Shown here: positions 12,928 through 26,590 of the stretch, one piece after another
Numbering within the stretch: position 1 is the stretch's first letter
How the letters are laid out: every line of letters begins with the position of its first letter
Source of the DNA: Eledone cirrhosa
Taxonomy: Eukaryota
Direction: 5' to 3'
NCBI GenBank assembly: GCA_964016885.1
Contig: OZ024746.1
Coordinates: 96,224,001-96,288,000 of the forward strand
Length of the DNA: 64,000 nt
Translations under genes and position numbers: made by a program
Notes under the pieces: model-generated
Seen by the model: only the letters and a program-made list of their open reading frames with translations
The model's database searches: none
What the model was told of the DNA's origin: nothing

Positions 12928-13591
12928 ATCATTATTATCATCATCATCATCCCTGGTGGCAAGGCTTCGATGGGTCATCACCGACTGAGTCAATATACTT
13001 ATCTTTCCGATGGGCTAGGACCACATCTCATTTACATACGTCCCCACTCCCCACATATATATATATGTCAAACATGTTAAATTTGGCTTCGTTTATTATA
13101 AATTCTCTGCTATATATATTTCAGTGACAGCTATTATTGGCTGTGACCTCATCAAGTAGTACGAATTAATGTAGAAAATTGGTAAATCTGTTAGAGTGAC
13201 AGACAAAATACCTGCCTGCACTTACTCAGGCCTTATAACCTCTGCTCTAGCGTTCAAATCCAGCCATGGTCAATTTTGCCTTTCACCCTTCTTAGCTAGA
13301 TAAAATAAAGTAGTCAAGTGCTGTGGTCAATATAATCAACCTCTCCCTCCTCAATATTGCTGGCCTTGTACCTAAATTAGAAACCATTATTTCACAAAGC
13401 TAAAGGGCCAAAACACTTGCTTGGGGGGGGGGGGGGGGGGGGGTCTTCTCTGAAGACCTTCTACTGTCCAGCTCTCCTGAGAGTTTCTTCTCTGAAAACC
13501 TGCTGTCCAGCTCTCTTAGGAGATTCTTCTCTGAAGACCAGCTGTCCAGCTCTCCTGAGAGTTTCTTACCTCTTCATTTGTTATATTTTAG

Positions 13592-13676
13592 TTATTGCTC
13601 TCCAATGTTGGTTCCGACGGATCCAGGCCAAAAAATTATTGGAACGGCGAAGGAAATCTGCACATGTGATTCGCAA
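13592..13676 (+). CDS. MYO1C: Myosin-IC-like exon, IQ2: VIALQCWFRRIQAKKLLERRRKSAHVIR
   Basis: ttttag/gtaagt splice sites, IQ-like LQxWFR motif, 85 nt, phase 1 to 2. Confidence 0.92.
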
Positions 13677-14154
13677 GTAAGTCTATATTGTTAACCCTTT
13701 CATTACTATATTTCTAATGAAAGACATTTCCAATGTTTTTCAAATCTGTCAGTTGCAACACCTGGCCAAAGTATCAGGTTTTTGTGTGGCAACAGTTGGT
13801 GGAACTCAAAACATACACAGTCAGAACAGATACTGCAAAGCATCTCAACTAATGCTTTAAACCTTTAGCATTTAAATCAGCCAGAATTCTCTGACCTCTT
13901 TCTCTTCAAACCAGCTGTAGCTGGCCACTCATACTGATGTTAAGGTATTGTTCTCAAAATACATATCAAAATCTTATAGATTCGATATTATGTAAAATAA
14001 AGTGTTTACCATGAAAATACAATAGTAAATAAAGAATAAAGTAAATGCTAAACAGTTAACCCGTTCATTACCATATTTCTAATGAAAAATATTGCTTATG
14101 ATATTCAATTCATTTTTAAATAATCAAGAATTTAGAAATATTTAGAATTATAAC

Positions 14155-15580
14155 ATATTACCTATGGTCATGAATCTTTGGTAATGACTGAAAGAATATG
14201 ATCAGGAATATAAGCAGTCAAAATGGGGTTCTTTCGAAGGCTTTTTTGGAGTAACATTACTTGGTAGAGTGCATAGCTCAGAGATCAGAGAGTTACTCTA
14301 GTTAGACCTGCTACTTCTCCAAATTGAGAGATCACAGCTCCGATACTATGGACATGTGGTTAGAATGTCTCAGGAAAGAATCACTGGAGAGTCACTCTAG
14401 GTAGAGCCGCTACTTCTCCAAATTGAGAGATCACAGCTCCGATACTATGGACATCTGGTTAGAATGTCTCAGGAAAGAATCACTGGAGAGTCACTCCAGG
14501 TAGAGCCACTACTTCTCCGATACTATGGACATGTGGTTAGATTGTCTCAGGAAAGAATCACCGGAGAGTCACTCCAGGTAGAGCCACTACTTCTCCGATA
14601 CTATGGACATGTGGTTAGATTGTCTCAGGAAAGAATCACCGGAGAGTCACTCCAGGTAGAGCCACTACTTCTCCGATACTATGGACATGTGGTTAGATTG
14701 TCTCAGGAAAGAATCACTGGAGAGTCACTCCAGGTAGAGCCACTACTTCTCCGATACTATGGACATGTGGTTAGATTGTCTCAGGAAAGAATCACCGGAG
14801 AGTCACTCCAGGTAGAGCCACTACTTCTCCGATACTATGGACATGTGGTTAGATTGTCTCAGGAAAGAATCACTGGAGAGTCACTCCAGGTAGAACTGCT
14901 ACTTCACCAAATTGAGAGATCACAGCTCCGATACTATGGACATGTGGTTAGAATGTCTCAGGAAAGAATCACTGGAGAGTCACTCCAGGTAGAACTGCTA
15001 CTTCACCAAATTGAGAGATCACAGCTCCGATACTATGGACATGTGGTTAGAATGTCTCAGGAAAGAATCACTGGAGAGTCACTCCAGGTAGAACTGCTAC
15101 TTCACCAAATTGAGAGATCACAGCTCCGATACTATGGACATGTGGTTAGAATGTCTCAGGAAAGAATCACTGGAGAGTCACTCCAGGTAGAACTGCTACT
15201 TCACCAAATTGAGAGATCACAGCTCCGATACTATGGACATGTGGTTAGAATGTCTCAGGAAAGAATCACTGGAGAGTCACTCCAGGTAGAACTGCTACTT
15301 CACCAAATTGAGAGATCACAGCCCCGGTACTATGGACATGTGGTTGGAATGTCTCAGGAAAGAATCGCTTGACAGATTTAACGGGCAAAACCAACTGTGT
15401 TGCTCGGTAGACCCCCGAGCAAGAGGGTTGGATAACATCCATGAGCTTGGCTGGTGTCGCTTGGTGATCCAGCTAGGTTAGTTGGAGATGGTTGCTTCTG
15501 ACAGGATCTGTTGGAAGGAGTGTTTGAGGACTCTGCACCCACGACCCTCTCGGGAATAAGTGGGCAAAGAAGAAGAACTA
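14155..15580 (+). mobile_element. RTE family R2 fragment with an internal 99/78-bp tandem expansion (about 14290-15365)
   Basis: The unit encodes QERITGESLQVE.LL(HQIERSQ)LRYYGHVVR.S, derived from the RTE 'QLRWxGHVxRM' motif. Normal element sequence flanks both sides. Confidence 0.85.
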
Positions 15581-15909
15581 ATTTTCTCATTATTAAACCT
15601 TTATCATTTACATTACTCTATACATAGTATTGTATTTTCACTGTAAAGGCTTTATCTCACATAACATTTACATTACTCTATACATAGTATTGTATTTTCA
15701 CTGTAAAGGCTTTATCTCACATAATATCGAATCTATAAGATTTTGATATTATTTATTTTGAGAACAATACCTTAACATCAGTATGAGCAGCTAATTACAG
15801 CCAGTTTGAACAGAAAGAGGTGAGAGAATTCTGGTCAGGTATGGTTAGTGTAAATGTTAAAGGATTAAGTTGGTGTTTATTAAGTTTTCTCTGTATTAAT
15901 TTATTAACA

Positions 15910-16090
15910 AATTGGCAGTATCGGTAGAGGGTCGGACGCCATGCTTTGACGCAGAGTTACGGCCCTTGCCATTCTGGGTTCAAATCCCGCCGAGGTTAAC
16001 TTTGCCTTTCATCCTTATGGGGTCAATAAAATAAAGTACCAGTAATACACTGGGTAATTGCTGGCCTTGTGCCAAAATTAGAAACAATTA
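15910..16090 (+). mobile_element. Octopus-type SINE with a GCCTTTCATCC...GGTCGATAAAAT..AGTACC core
   Basis: tRNA-like head (GGTTCAAATCCC) plus the conserved core. Copies at 17755-17945(-), 61485-61670(-), 13170-13390, 35440-35650 and 60058-60240. Confidence 0.75.
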
Positions 16091-16369
16091 ATTTATTAAC
16101 AAATGTTCTTACATAAAATGATGGAAGATTTTAAAATAAACAAACAGTTTTATTTCATAAAACCCAGAGCAGTTTCATGGGGTCTGGTATAAAGAAGAGG
16201 AAAATAGAAATCTTTGTCGCAGTGTGCCCTCATTGCTGGGGTTAGCATGTATAAGAAATAGTTTGATTTGTTGGGTAACAAGTTGAAGCCATAAGAGGAG
16301 ACTAACATTTCTGGAGATGAAGTTACTGGGATGAAGAATCAGATCTGATTCTCATCATTGTCATTGTCA

Positions 16370-16815
16370 CTGTTGTTGTTGTTGTTGTTGTTATTCTTGT
16401 TGTTGTTGATATTGTTATTCTTGTTGTTGCTATTATTTTTGTTGTTGTTGTTGTTATTCTTGTTGTTGTTGTTATTGTTGTTCTTGTTATTATTATTTTT
16501 GTTGTTGTTGTTGTTGTTCTTGTTGTTGATATTGTTATTCTTGTTGTTGTTGTTGTTATTCTTGTTGTTGTTGTTGATATTGTTATTCTTGTTGTTATTA
16601 TTTTTGTTGTTGTTGATATTGTTATTCTTGTTGTTGTTGATATTGTTATTCTTGTTGTTGTTGGTATTCTTGTTATTATTTTTGTTGTTGTTGTTGTGTT
16701 GTTGCTGTTGATGTTTTGTTGTTGTTGTTATTCTTGTTGTTGTTGGTGTTGTTGGTGTTTTTGTTGTTGTTGTTATTCTTGTTGTTGTTGTTTTTGTTGT
16801 GTTGTTGTTGTATTG
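16370..16815. repeat. Degenerate (TTG)n microsatellite
   Basis: Seen directly. Confidence 0.95.
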
Positions 16816-17362
16816 TTAACCTTGATCAGCAGATCTATGATCAAAGGTATTCAAGTTGTAAGTTTCCAGTCTTTTTTTATATCAAGAACTACATTAACTA
16901 ATGTATCCTTCATTTAAGATGTAAGAGTGGGATCTGAGGGATGTATGGCTGCTATTTTTAATAAGGCCGGAATATGAGGGATGTATGGCTACTATATTTT
17001 AGCAAAGTGACTGTGTAAATGGCTGGAATCTGAGGAATATATGACTACCTGTTTTAGCAAGGTAGTGACTGTGTAAAAAGCTAGAATCTGAGGGATGTAT
17101 GGCTGCTATTTTTAGCAAGGCAAGTGGCTGTGTAAAAGCAGTTTACTCAACTATGTTAGTATTAAGTATATGTGTAGGAAATACATGATGATATGAGTGC
17201 TAGAAGACAAGAAGATGGGTGTGGCAGATTTGTTTAACCTATTTGAAGCTATATTTATATTAAACTATACTGTCTGTGTGTTTTAGTTAAACCTTGAATG
17301 TAATCAAGAATTTTTATTGACGTCCTGTACCACATGAAACCACATTAGCAAGATGTAATTAA

Positions 17363-17670
17363 CCTGTTGACTGCTGCATATATTTTACACAGCTACAGTT
17401 GCAGTAGCCAGGTTTTTGTCTTCAGTAAAATTACTATTTTTTAAACTAAGCATTTATTAACAACACTTATCTGAATGATTGACAAAAGACACACCAATAA
17501 ACTAGTAACTCCATCTAGCTTTGAAGTTATGAACTGTCAGAAACGAGTTCATAACTTTGAAGTTATGAACTGTTGGAAAAGAGTTCAAACGTGTTAGGAC
17601 AAGTTATCTCATCTATGGCACTGGAATGCATACATTAGGACGAGTTATCTCATCTATGACACTAAAGAGG
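17363..17670 (-). mobile_element. TTAA-flanked MITE family D
   Basis: ttaa|CCTCTTCAGTG...GTCAACAGG|ttaa with an internal TTCATAACTT..AAGTTATGAA palindrome. Copies at 34471-34743 and 35682-35877 (+). Confidence 0.75.
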
Positions 17671-18025
17671 TTAAAAAGTACAAAAGTTTGACTATATCAC
17701 ATTCAAAATTAAAGGTTTTGATACTGCATATTTTCACAACAATCAGTCTTCTAATAATTGTTTATACTTTTGGCACAAGGCCAGCAATTATCCCAGTGTA
17801 TTACTGGTACTTTATTTTATCGACCCCCGTAAGGATGAAAGGCAAAGTTAACCTCGGCGGGATTTGAACTCAGATTGGAAAGGGCCGTAACTCTATGTGT
17901 CAAAGCATGGCGTCTGACCCTCTACCGCTTCTGCCAATCCACCCTAAAAATGACACTATAAACATTTGAATAAGAGACTCTGTTTTTAGATATTTTCTGC
18001 TAAATTTCAGGATGTGAAAAGTTAA

Positions 18026-18786
18026 CCCTTTCGTTATTATATTTCTAAAGAAAGACACTGCTTATTTTTCTTTTCAAATAATTTTGAAAATAATCAAGAA
18101 TTTAGAGGGATTTGTAATATATCTAACTTTCTCGTTGTTAACCCTTTAGTTACCAGCCTGGCCAAAACCAGCTCTGGTTCTATGTAATAAAACTACACAT
18201 TTTAAAGGTTTCCAATTTAAATGAAAATCTTCCAACATAATTTTATATAAGGACCTTACAATAAGTTACTATCTTAGTGATGAAATCATCATCTTCATCA
18301 TCACCATTTTAATTAATAATTTTAATAAATAATTATTAATAATTTTAGTAAATAATAATTAATAATTTTAGTAAATCCCTCAAAATTCTCCATTAATTAA
18401 TTTACCCTTTAATGTTCAAACCAGCCAAAACTGGCCAGAATTCTCTACCTCTTTCTGTTCAAACTGGCTGCAACTGGTTGCTCAAATTGATGTTAAGGTA
18501 TTGTTCTCAAAATAAATACTTTCAAAATCTCATAGATTCGATATTATGTGAGATAATTATGTGAGGTAAAGCCTTTACCATGAAAATATAATAGTATATA
18601 TAGAATAATGTGAATGCTAAAGGGTTAAAACAGTGTATATCATTAGAAATGTAGTCATGAAAGGGTTAAGCTAGTGTTTGGAACATAACTTAACAAAGAT
18701 TCTTACAAAGGGAAGGTTCTTAGGTAAACATAAATACTTTAAAACAAACAGCAGAGACAGTTTCAGGTGAATTTTTCAAGGAAGGG
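18026..18786. mobile_element. Triple-nested TTAA MITEs: B(+) containing B'(-) 18142-18665, which contains A(-) 18405-18624
   Basis: Three concentric CCC...GGG pairs, each bounded by TTAA (one left site reads TTTA). Confidence 0.78.
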
Positions 18787-18843
18787 TTAATCCCTTCCAA
18801 ATGTTTTCAGTTTATTCTAACACTTTGTTGTTTCTGTTTCTAG

Positions 18844-19003
18844 ATTCATCAAAGGCTTCATATACCGTAGACACCCAACGTGTGAAGAAAATCGAGACTT
18901 TGTTCAATATACTAAATATAATTATCTTCTAAGATTGAAAACAAAACTGCCAAAATCTGTTTTAGATAAATCCTGGCCACCATGTCCAGAACTACTACAA
19001 GAG
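18844..19003 (+). CDS. MYO1C: Myosin-IC-like exon, IQ3/post-IQ: FIKGFIYRRHPTCEENRDF...LPKSVLDKSWPPCPELLQE
   Basis: ttctag/gtaagg splice sites. Resembles the MYO1C segment IRGF..RH.P.C.EN...LPQNVLDTSWP. 160 nt, phase 2 to 0. Confidence 0.94.
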
Positions 19004-19805
19004 GTAAGGTGTTTTTTTTTTAAATTCTTATTACATAATGCATATGCACCCAGTACACTCTGTAAAGTGGTTGTGTGGGCGTTATAATAAAATGTACTCA
19101 GTACACTCTGTAAAGTGGTAGTGTTGGTGCCATGGTAAAATACACTCAGTACACTCTGTAAATTGGTAGTACTAGTACCACAATAAAATGCACTCAGTAC
19201 ACTCTGTAAAGTGGTAGTACTGGTACCATGATAAAATGCACCCAGTACACTCTGTAAAGTGGTAGTGCTGGTGTTATGATAGAATACATTCAGTACACTT
19301 TGAAAAGTGGTAGTGATGGTGTCATATGAGATAAAGCCTTTACAGTGAAAATACAATAGTAAATGCTAAAGGGTTAATAATGTGAAAATTAGTTCTTCTT
19401 TGTTCACTTATTCCTGAGAGGGTCATGGTGGGGAGCAGAGTCCTCAAACATTCCAGTGGGTCCTGTCAGAAGCAACCGTCTCCAACTGATCCTGCTGGAT
19501 CCCCAAGCGAGACCAGTCAAGGATGTTATCCAATAATCTTGCTCTGGGTCTCCTGCCGGTTGGTTTTGCCCATAAAATCTGGCCAGCGATTCTTAACCAC
19601 ATGTCCATAGTATCGGAGCTGTGATCTCTCAATTCGGAGAAGCAGTGGCTCTACCTGGAGGGACTTTCTCATTTCCAAACTATGCAGACTATCGAATAAT
19701 GTTACTCCAAAGACCTTTCGGAGGAATCCCATTTCAGCCACTTATATTCACATTAATCTTTTAAATTAGTTGATAAGTTTTTGAAAAGATTATTCTATTG
19801 TTTAA

Positions 19806-21213
19806 CCCATTATCATTTACATTACTCTATATTTACTACTGCATGTCCACGGTAAAGACTTTACCTCACATAATATCTCACATAACATTTACATTACTCT
19901 ATATTTACTACTGTATTTTAGTAGTAAAGGCTTTACCTCACCTAATATCTCACATAACATTTACATTACTCTATATATACTATTGTATTTTCATGGTAAA
20001 GACTTTACCTCACATAATATCTCACATAACATTTACATTACTCTATATTTACTACTGTATTTTCACGGTAAAAGCTTTACCTCACCTAATATCTCACATA
20101 ATATTTACATTACTCTATATATACTATTGTATTTTCGCAGTAAAGGCTTTACCTCACATAACATTTACATTACTCTATATTTACTACTGATTTTTCACGG
20201 TAAAGGCTTTACCTCACATAATATCACACATAATATTTACATTACTCTATATTTACTACTGTATTTTAGTAGTAAAGGCTTTACCTCACATAACATTTAC
20301 ATTACTCTATATTTACTATTGTATTTTCACTGTAAAGGCTTTACCTCACCTAATATCTCACATAACATTTACATTACTCTATATTTACTATTGTATTTTC
20401 GCAGTAAAGGCTTTACCTCCAATAATATCTCACATAACATTTACAATACTCTATATTTACTACTGTATTTTCGTGGTAAAGGCTTTACCTCGCATAATAT
20501 CTCATAACATTTATATTACTCTATATTTACTATTGTATTTTCATGGTAAAGGCTTTACCTCATATAATATCTCACATAACATTTACATTACTCTGTTTAC
20601 TACTGTATTTTCACGGTAAAGACTTTACCTCACATAATATCTCACATAACATTTACATTACTCTGTTTACTACTGTATTTTCACAGTAAAGACTTTACTT
20701 CACATAATATCTCACATAACATTTACATTACTCTGTTTACTACTGTATTTTCACGGTAAAGACTTTACCTCACATAATATCTCACATAACATTTACATTA
20801 CTCTATATTTACTACTGTATTTTCATGGTAAAGACTTTACCTCACATAATATCTCACATAACATTTACATTACTCTATATTTACTACTGTATTTTCATGG
20901 TAAAGACTTTACCTCACATAATATCTCACATAACATTTACATTACTCTATATTTACTACTGTATTTTCATGGTAAAGGCTTTACCTCACATAATATCTCA
21001 CATAACATTTACATTACTCTATATTTACTACTGTATTTTCATGGTAAAGGCTTTACCTCACATAATATCTCACATACTATCGAATCTATGAGATTTTGAT
21101 ATTTATTTTGAGAACAATACCTTAACATCAGTATGATTGCCAGTTACAGCTGGTTTGAATAGAAAGAGGTGAGAGAATTCTGGCAGGATACGGCTGGTTT
21201 AAATTCTAAAGGG
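19806..21213 (+). repeat. 72/60-bp satellite (about 18 units) inside a family A MITE
   Basis: Same MITE-derived unit as at 6854. Bounded by ttaa|CCC and GGG|ttaa. Confidence 0.9.
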
Positions 21214-21518
21214 TTAATCTTTTAAATTATCTAATAATTTTTTAATAGACTATTCTGTTGTTTAACCCTTTAATGTTCAAACCGACCAGAATTTTCTAGC
21301 TCTTTCTGTTGAAACCAGCTGTAACTGGCCACTCAAACTGATGTTAAGGTCTCAAAATAAATACTTTCAAGATCTCATAGATTCGATATTATGTGAGATA
21401 ATTATGCGAGGTAAAGCCTTTACCATGAAAATATAATAGTATATATAGAGTAATGTAAATGTTAAAGGGTTAAGTCTCTAAAACATGACTTTAAACATGT
21501 TTTTTTTTTTTATCACAG

Positions 21519-21602
21519 ACATCTTTACTGCTGTGTAGTTTATGTATGAGGAATATGGTGTTGAAATACTGCAAAGGTATTTCTAAAGAGAAAAAATCTC
21601 AG
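21519..21602 (+). CDS. MYO1C: Myosin-IC-like exon: TSLLLCSLCMRNMVLKYCKGISKEKKSQ
   Basis: poly-T-atcacag/gtaaga splice sites. Resembles MYO1C LCIKNMVWKYCRSIS. 84 nt, phase 0 to 0. Confidence 0.93.
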
Positions 21603-21875
21603 GTAAGATTATTTCAGTTTTCTTTGTTCATCATCATCATCATCATATCATCATCACAATCATCATCATCACCCTATCAACATCATATCATCACCATCAT
21701 CATTGTATCCTCATCATCTTCATTATCCTCATCACCATCATTATCCTCATCACCATCATAATCATCATATCCTCCTCCACGCCATCATCATCATCATATC
21801 CTGCTCATCATCATCATCACCTTATCCTCACCACCACCACCTATTTGTTTGACAAAAGACTCATACACCATTAGA

Positions 21876-23943
21876 AGCACTGCAGTACTACAGCACTACA
21901 GTACTACAGTACTACAGTACTACAGCACTACAGTACTACAGCACTACAGTACTACAGCACTACAGTACTACAGCACTACAGCACTACAGCACTACAGCAC
22001 TACAGTACTACAGTACTGCAGTACTACAGCACTACAGTACTACAGCACTACAGTACTACAGCACTACAGCACTACAGTACTACAGTACTACAGCACTACA
22101 GTACTACAGCACTACAGCACTACAGTACTACAGTACTACAGCACTACAGCACTACAGTACTACAGCACTACAGCACTACAGTACTACAGTACTGCAGTAC
22201 TACAGCACTACAGCACTACAGTACTACAGCACTACAGCACTGCAGTACTACAGCACTACAGTACTACAGCACTACAGTACTACAGCACTACAGTACTGCA
22301 GTACTACAGTACTACAGTACTGCAGTACTACAGCACTACAGCACTACAGTACTACGGCACTACAGTACTACAGCACTACAGTACTGCAGTACTACAGTAC
22401 TGCAGTACTACAGCACTACAGTACTGCAGTACTACAGCACTACAGTACTACAGCACTACAGTACTACAGTACTACAGTACTGCAGTACTACAGCACTGCA
22501 GTACTGCAGTACTGCAGTACTACAGTACTACAGTACTACAGCACTACAGTACTGCAGCACTACAGCACTACAGTACTACAGCACTGCAGTACTGCAGTAC
22601 TACAGCACTACAGTACTGCAGTACTACAGCACTACAGTACTACAGCACTACAGCACTACAGCACTACAGCACTACAGCACTACAGTACTACAGCACTACA
22701 GTACTGCAGCACTACAGTACTACAGCACTACAGTACTACAGCACTACAGCACTACAGTACTACAGCACTACAGTACTGCAGCACTACAGTACTGCAGTAC
22801 TACAGTACTACAGCACTACAGTACTACAGCACTACAGTACTACAGCACTGCAGTACTACAGTACTACAGCACTACAGCACTACAGTACTGCAGCACTACA
22901 GCACTACAGTACTGCAGTACTACAGTACTGCAGTACAGCACTACAGTACTACAGCACTACAGCACTACAGTACTACAGCACTACAACACTACAGCACTAC
23001 AACACTACAGCACTGCAGTACTACAGTACTACAGCACTACAACACTACAGCACTGCAGTACTACAGCACTACAGTACTACAGCACTGCAGTACTGCAGTA
23101 CTACAGCACTGCAGTACTACAGTACTACAGCACTACAGCACTACAGTATAACAGTACTATAGTACTACAATACTACAGTACAACAGCACTACAGTACTAC
23201 AGCACTACAGTACAACAGCACTACAGCACTACAGTACTACAATACTACAGCACTACAGTACTACAGTACTACAGTATAACAGTACTACAGTACAACAGCA
23301 CTACAGCATTACAGCACTACAGTACTACAGCACTACAGTACTACAGCACTACAGCACTACAGTACAACAGCACTACAGTACAACAGCACTACAGTACAAC
23401 AGCACTACAGTATAACAGCACTACAGCATTACAGTACTACAGCACTACAGCATTACAGTATAACAGCACTACAGTACTACAGTACTACAGTACTACAGCA
23501 CTACAGCATTACAGTACTACAGCACTACAGCATTACAGTATAACAGCACTACAGTACTACAGTACTACAGTACTACAGCACTACAGTACAACAGCACTAC
23601 AGTACAACAGCACTACAGTACAACAGCACTACAGTATAACAGCACTACAGTACTACAGCACTACAGCACTACAGTACAACAGCACTACAGCATTACAGTT
23701 CTACAGCACTACAGTACTACAGCATTACAGTTCTACAGCACTACAGCACTACAGTACTACAGCATTACAGTATAACAGCACTACAGTACTACAATACTAC
23801 AGCACTACAGTACTACAGCACTACAGTACAACAGCACTACAGTACAACAGCACTACAGTACAACAGCACTACAGTACAACAGCACTACAGCATTACAGTA
23901 CTACAGCACTACAGCACTACAGGACTACAGTACTACAGCACTA
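21876..23943. repeat. 8-bp minisatellite (CAGTACTA/CAGCACTA)n
   Basis: About 2.07 kb of 8-bp units with variants. Confidence 0.95.
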
Positions 23944-25930
23944 AATATGATGAGAGACAGGAGGCTATAGCGTTTGGCAACCAAAACCGAATGAAGACAA
24001 TATAGAGGTTGAGAGAACTCTTCAGTCTAGCCTAGTATGTAACAACCTCTCTTGTGCTGGGTGGCATCACAAAATACTTGCAGTACACCCAGAAAAGTGA
24101 TAGTGCTGGTGTCACACAAATGCATGCAGCACACCCTGAAATGTTATTGGTATAACCCTTTAGCATTCAAACCGGCCGTATCCGGCCAGAGTTCTCTCAC
24201 CTCTTTCTGTTCAAACCGGCTGTAACTGGCCGTTCATACAGATGTTACGGTATTTTTCCCAAAATGAATATCAAAATCTCATAGATACGATATCATGTGA
24301 GATAAAGCCTTTACTGTGAAAATACAATAGTAAATATACAGTAATGTAAATGATAAAGGGTTAAGGAAGGACGTCCAAGCAGAGAAAATATATGAAATAT
24401 GGAACATAACAAACAAGATTTGTAGAACCATGACAACCCATCCAACCAATACCAGGTCCAAAAGGAGACTTAAAATGTTGATGATAAGAGTGGTGAAAGG
24501 AGGAGAGAGGGAAGACTCGGATTACTGTAAGAACTTTGATATGTGATAAAATGAATCAAGGAATTACTGATCTGACATTTTTCAAAGAATGTATTATTAC
24601 AATTAATTCAGTTTAATTTAACTCCTTTGTTACACTGTATGGTGGTCGTGTAGGTGTCACAACAAAAAGCACCCAGTCCACACTGTAAAGTGGTTGTGTA
24701 GGTGACGCTACAAACAACACCCAGTCTACACTGTAAAGTGGTCATGTAGGTGTCATGATAAAAAGCACCCTGTCCACACTGTAAATGTGGTTGTGTAGGA
24801 GTCACGACAAAAAGCACCCTGTCCACACTGTAAATGTGGTTGTGTAGGAGTCACGACAAAAAGCACCCTGTCCACACTGTAAATGTGGTTGGCATTAGGA
24901 AGGGCATCCGGCTGTAGAAATCTAGGCAGAAACAGTTCTATATGAGCAAGACATGGTCACCTGACCCAACTAGCCACAAATGGGATAACCTGTCTAACTC
25001 ATGCTACTGTGGAAAGTGGACATTAAACAATGATGTTATCAAGCTTCCTGTTTCTGTGATACAAAATTGTTTAGATTTACTTAAAACCTTTTGTCATAAT
25101 TTTATGTAATACTCTTTGTTATGTTATTTTCCAAACATCATCTTGATAATGAGAAAGATAATTATTTCACTAAAGCTTTCCAAATTCTTGATTATTTCAA
25201 AACTAACCAAAACTTATAAACATCTTCCATAAGAAATATGGTCATAAAAGTGGTCTAAAAAAAGTCTAAAGTCTGTCTTAGCTTGACAGCACATCAGGCC
25301 AGTGCTTATCCCAGTTTCTGTGGTGTGAAGCAACTGTGAGTACATGACTCTCCCCTGGTCAGGATGCCAGTCCATTGCAGGGTTAAACCCCCGGCTATTG
25401 CTGGTACTCATTTTTAACTGAATATACCGGAGCAATGTAGAACAAAGTGTTTTGCTCAAGAACACAACACACAACCCAACCCAGGAATCGAACCCACAAC
25501 ATTATGATCGTAAGTCCAACACTCTTACCACTAGGCCATGCACCTCCACATAAAAGTGGTAATAACAAAAAAAAGATGGGAACATTCTCATTTCTAATCT
25601 TTCCAACCTTCTCTACTATGAAGGATTCATTGCCCAAGTCTCACTCCCATAAATCTTGCCACTTCTTTCACATGCCATGTGGCATACACCTTTTCTTCTC
25701 GGTTCTTTCTAGTCTTCTCTACTGCTCCACATTCATTACCCTTGCTCCATTCACACTCATGTGGCATACACCTTTTCTTCTCGGTTCTTTCCTGTCTCCT
25801 ATACTGCTCCACATTCATCACCCATGCTTCATTTTCACACATGTACCAAACATGATGTAAAATGTATTCCATAAATGTTGTCAATGTTTATTATACACCA
25901 TTAGTAAGTATATTACTGGTATTCTTATAG

Positions 25931-26024
25931 ATGGAAGAAAAAGTAGTTGCTGAACAGATATTTCGAGATCAAAAGGAGTCCTATCCACCTAGTATTAAAT
26001 TTCCTTTCGTCAGTAGTCGTTTAG
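25931..26024 (+). CDS. MYO1C: Myosin-IC-like exon, start of TH1: MEEKVVAEQIFRDQKESYPPSIKFPFVSSRL
   Basis: ttatag/gtaagt splice sites. Resembles K.VA..IF...K..YP.S....F...RL. 94 nt, phase 0 to 1. Confidence 0.93.
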
Positions 26025-26084
26025 GTAAGTTTTATTATTATTTTGTTAATATTTTTTTACAATTTCTATGAAATAAAGAATATG

Positions 26085-26590
26085 TTCTCTACCTCCAACT
26101 TAGTTGGTTCGGCCACAAACCCCGGTACTGCGGCCTGTCATGCAGAGGAAAGGAAGATAAATAAATACTGGAGATTGTCCAACCGCTTCCTCTTCGAACC
26201 GGTCGCTGTTGAGACCTCAGGCGTACTTGGACCCCGTTCTGCCGAGCTCCTCCGCGACATTGGAACATCGGCAACCCATCTGAGGAAGCAGCCCCATAAG
26301 GTGGGGTGGCTGTTGCTGGCCATTGTCCATGGGAATGCTTTTGGGGTCTTGTCTGTGGGGCACAGCCACATTACTGCCACACTCTAGGCCCAGAGCCCAA
26401 TCCCTCCCTATTCTTCTGTGACACTAGAGCCTTTCCCTTCCTTTTCCTGTTTCTTTTTTATATTTTCTTATTTTACATTCTATTCTTTCTTCTCAATCTA
26501 AAAAAAATGTTTTTCTTAAATTGTTTTTTACTATTATAAATGTCAATTTACTACTGTTAATTAAATAAATCAAAGTAAAAATAAAATGTA
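26085..26590 (+). mobile_element. 3' fragment of a CRE-like (restriction-like endonuclease) non-LTR retrotransposon
   Basis: AEERKINKY...FEPVAVETSGVLG...LAIVHGNA matches the recalled AE..K..KY / F.P...ET.G..G / RGNA pattern. A T-rich 3' UTR and an A-rich end follow. Confidence 0.7.

Noticed and set aside
15910-16000. tRNA-like A/B-box sequences
   Set aside because: These are SINE heads followed by the SINE core. No cloverleaf could be built, so no tRNA genes are called.
21849-23162. 437-aa ORF, and the ORFs over 28445-29509 and 51492-53039
   Set aside because: All are minisatellite translations. Several frames and strands are open at once over the 60-bp and 48-bp arrays.
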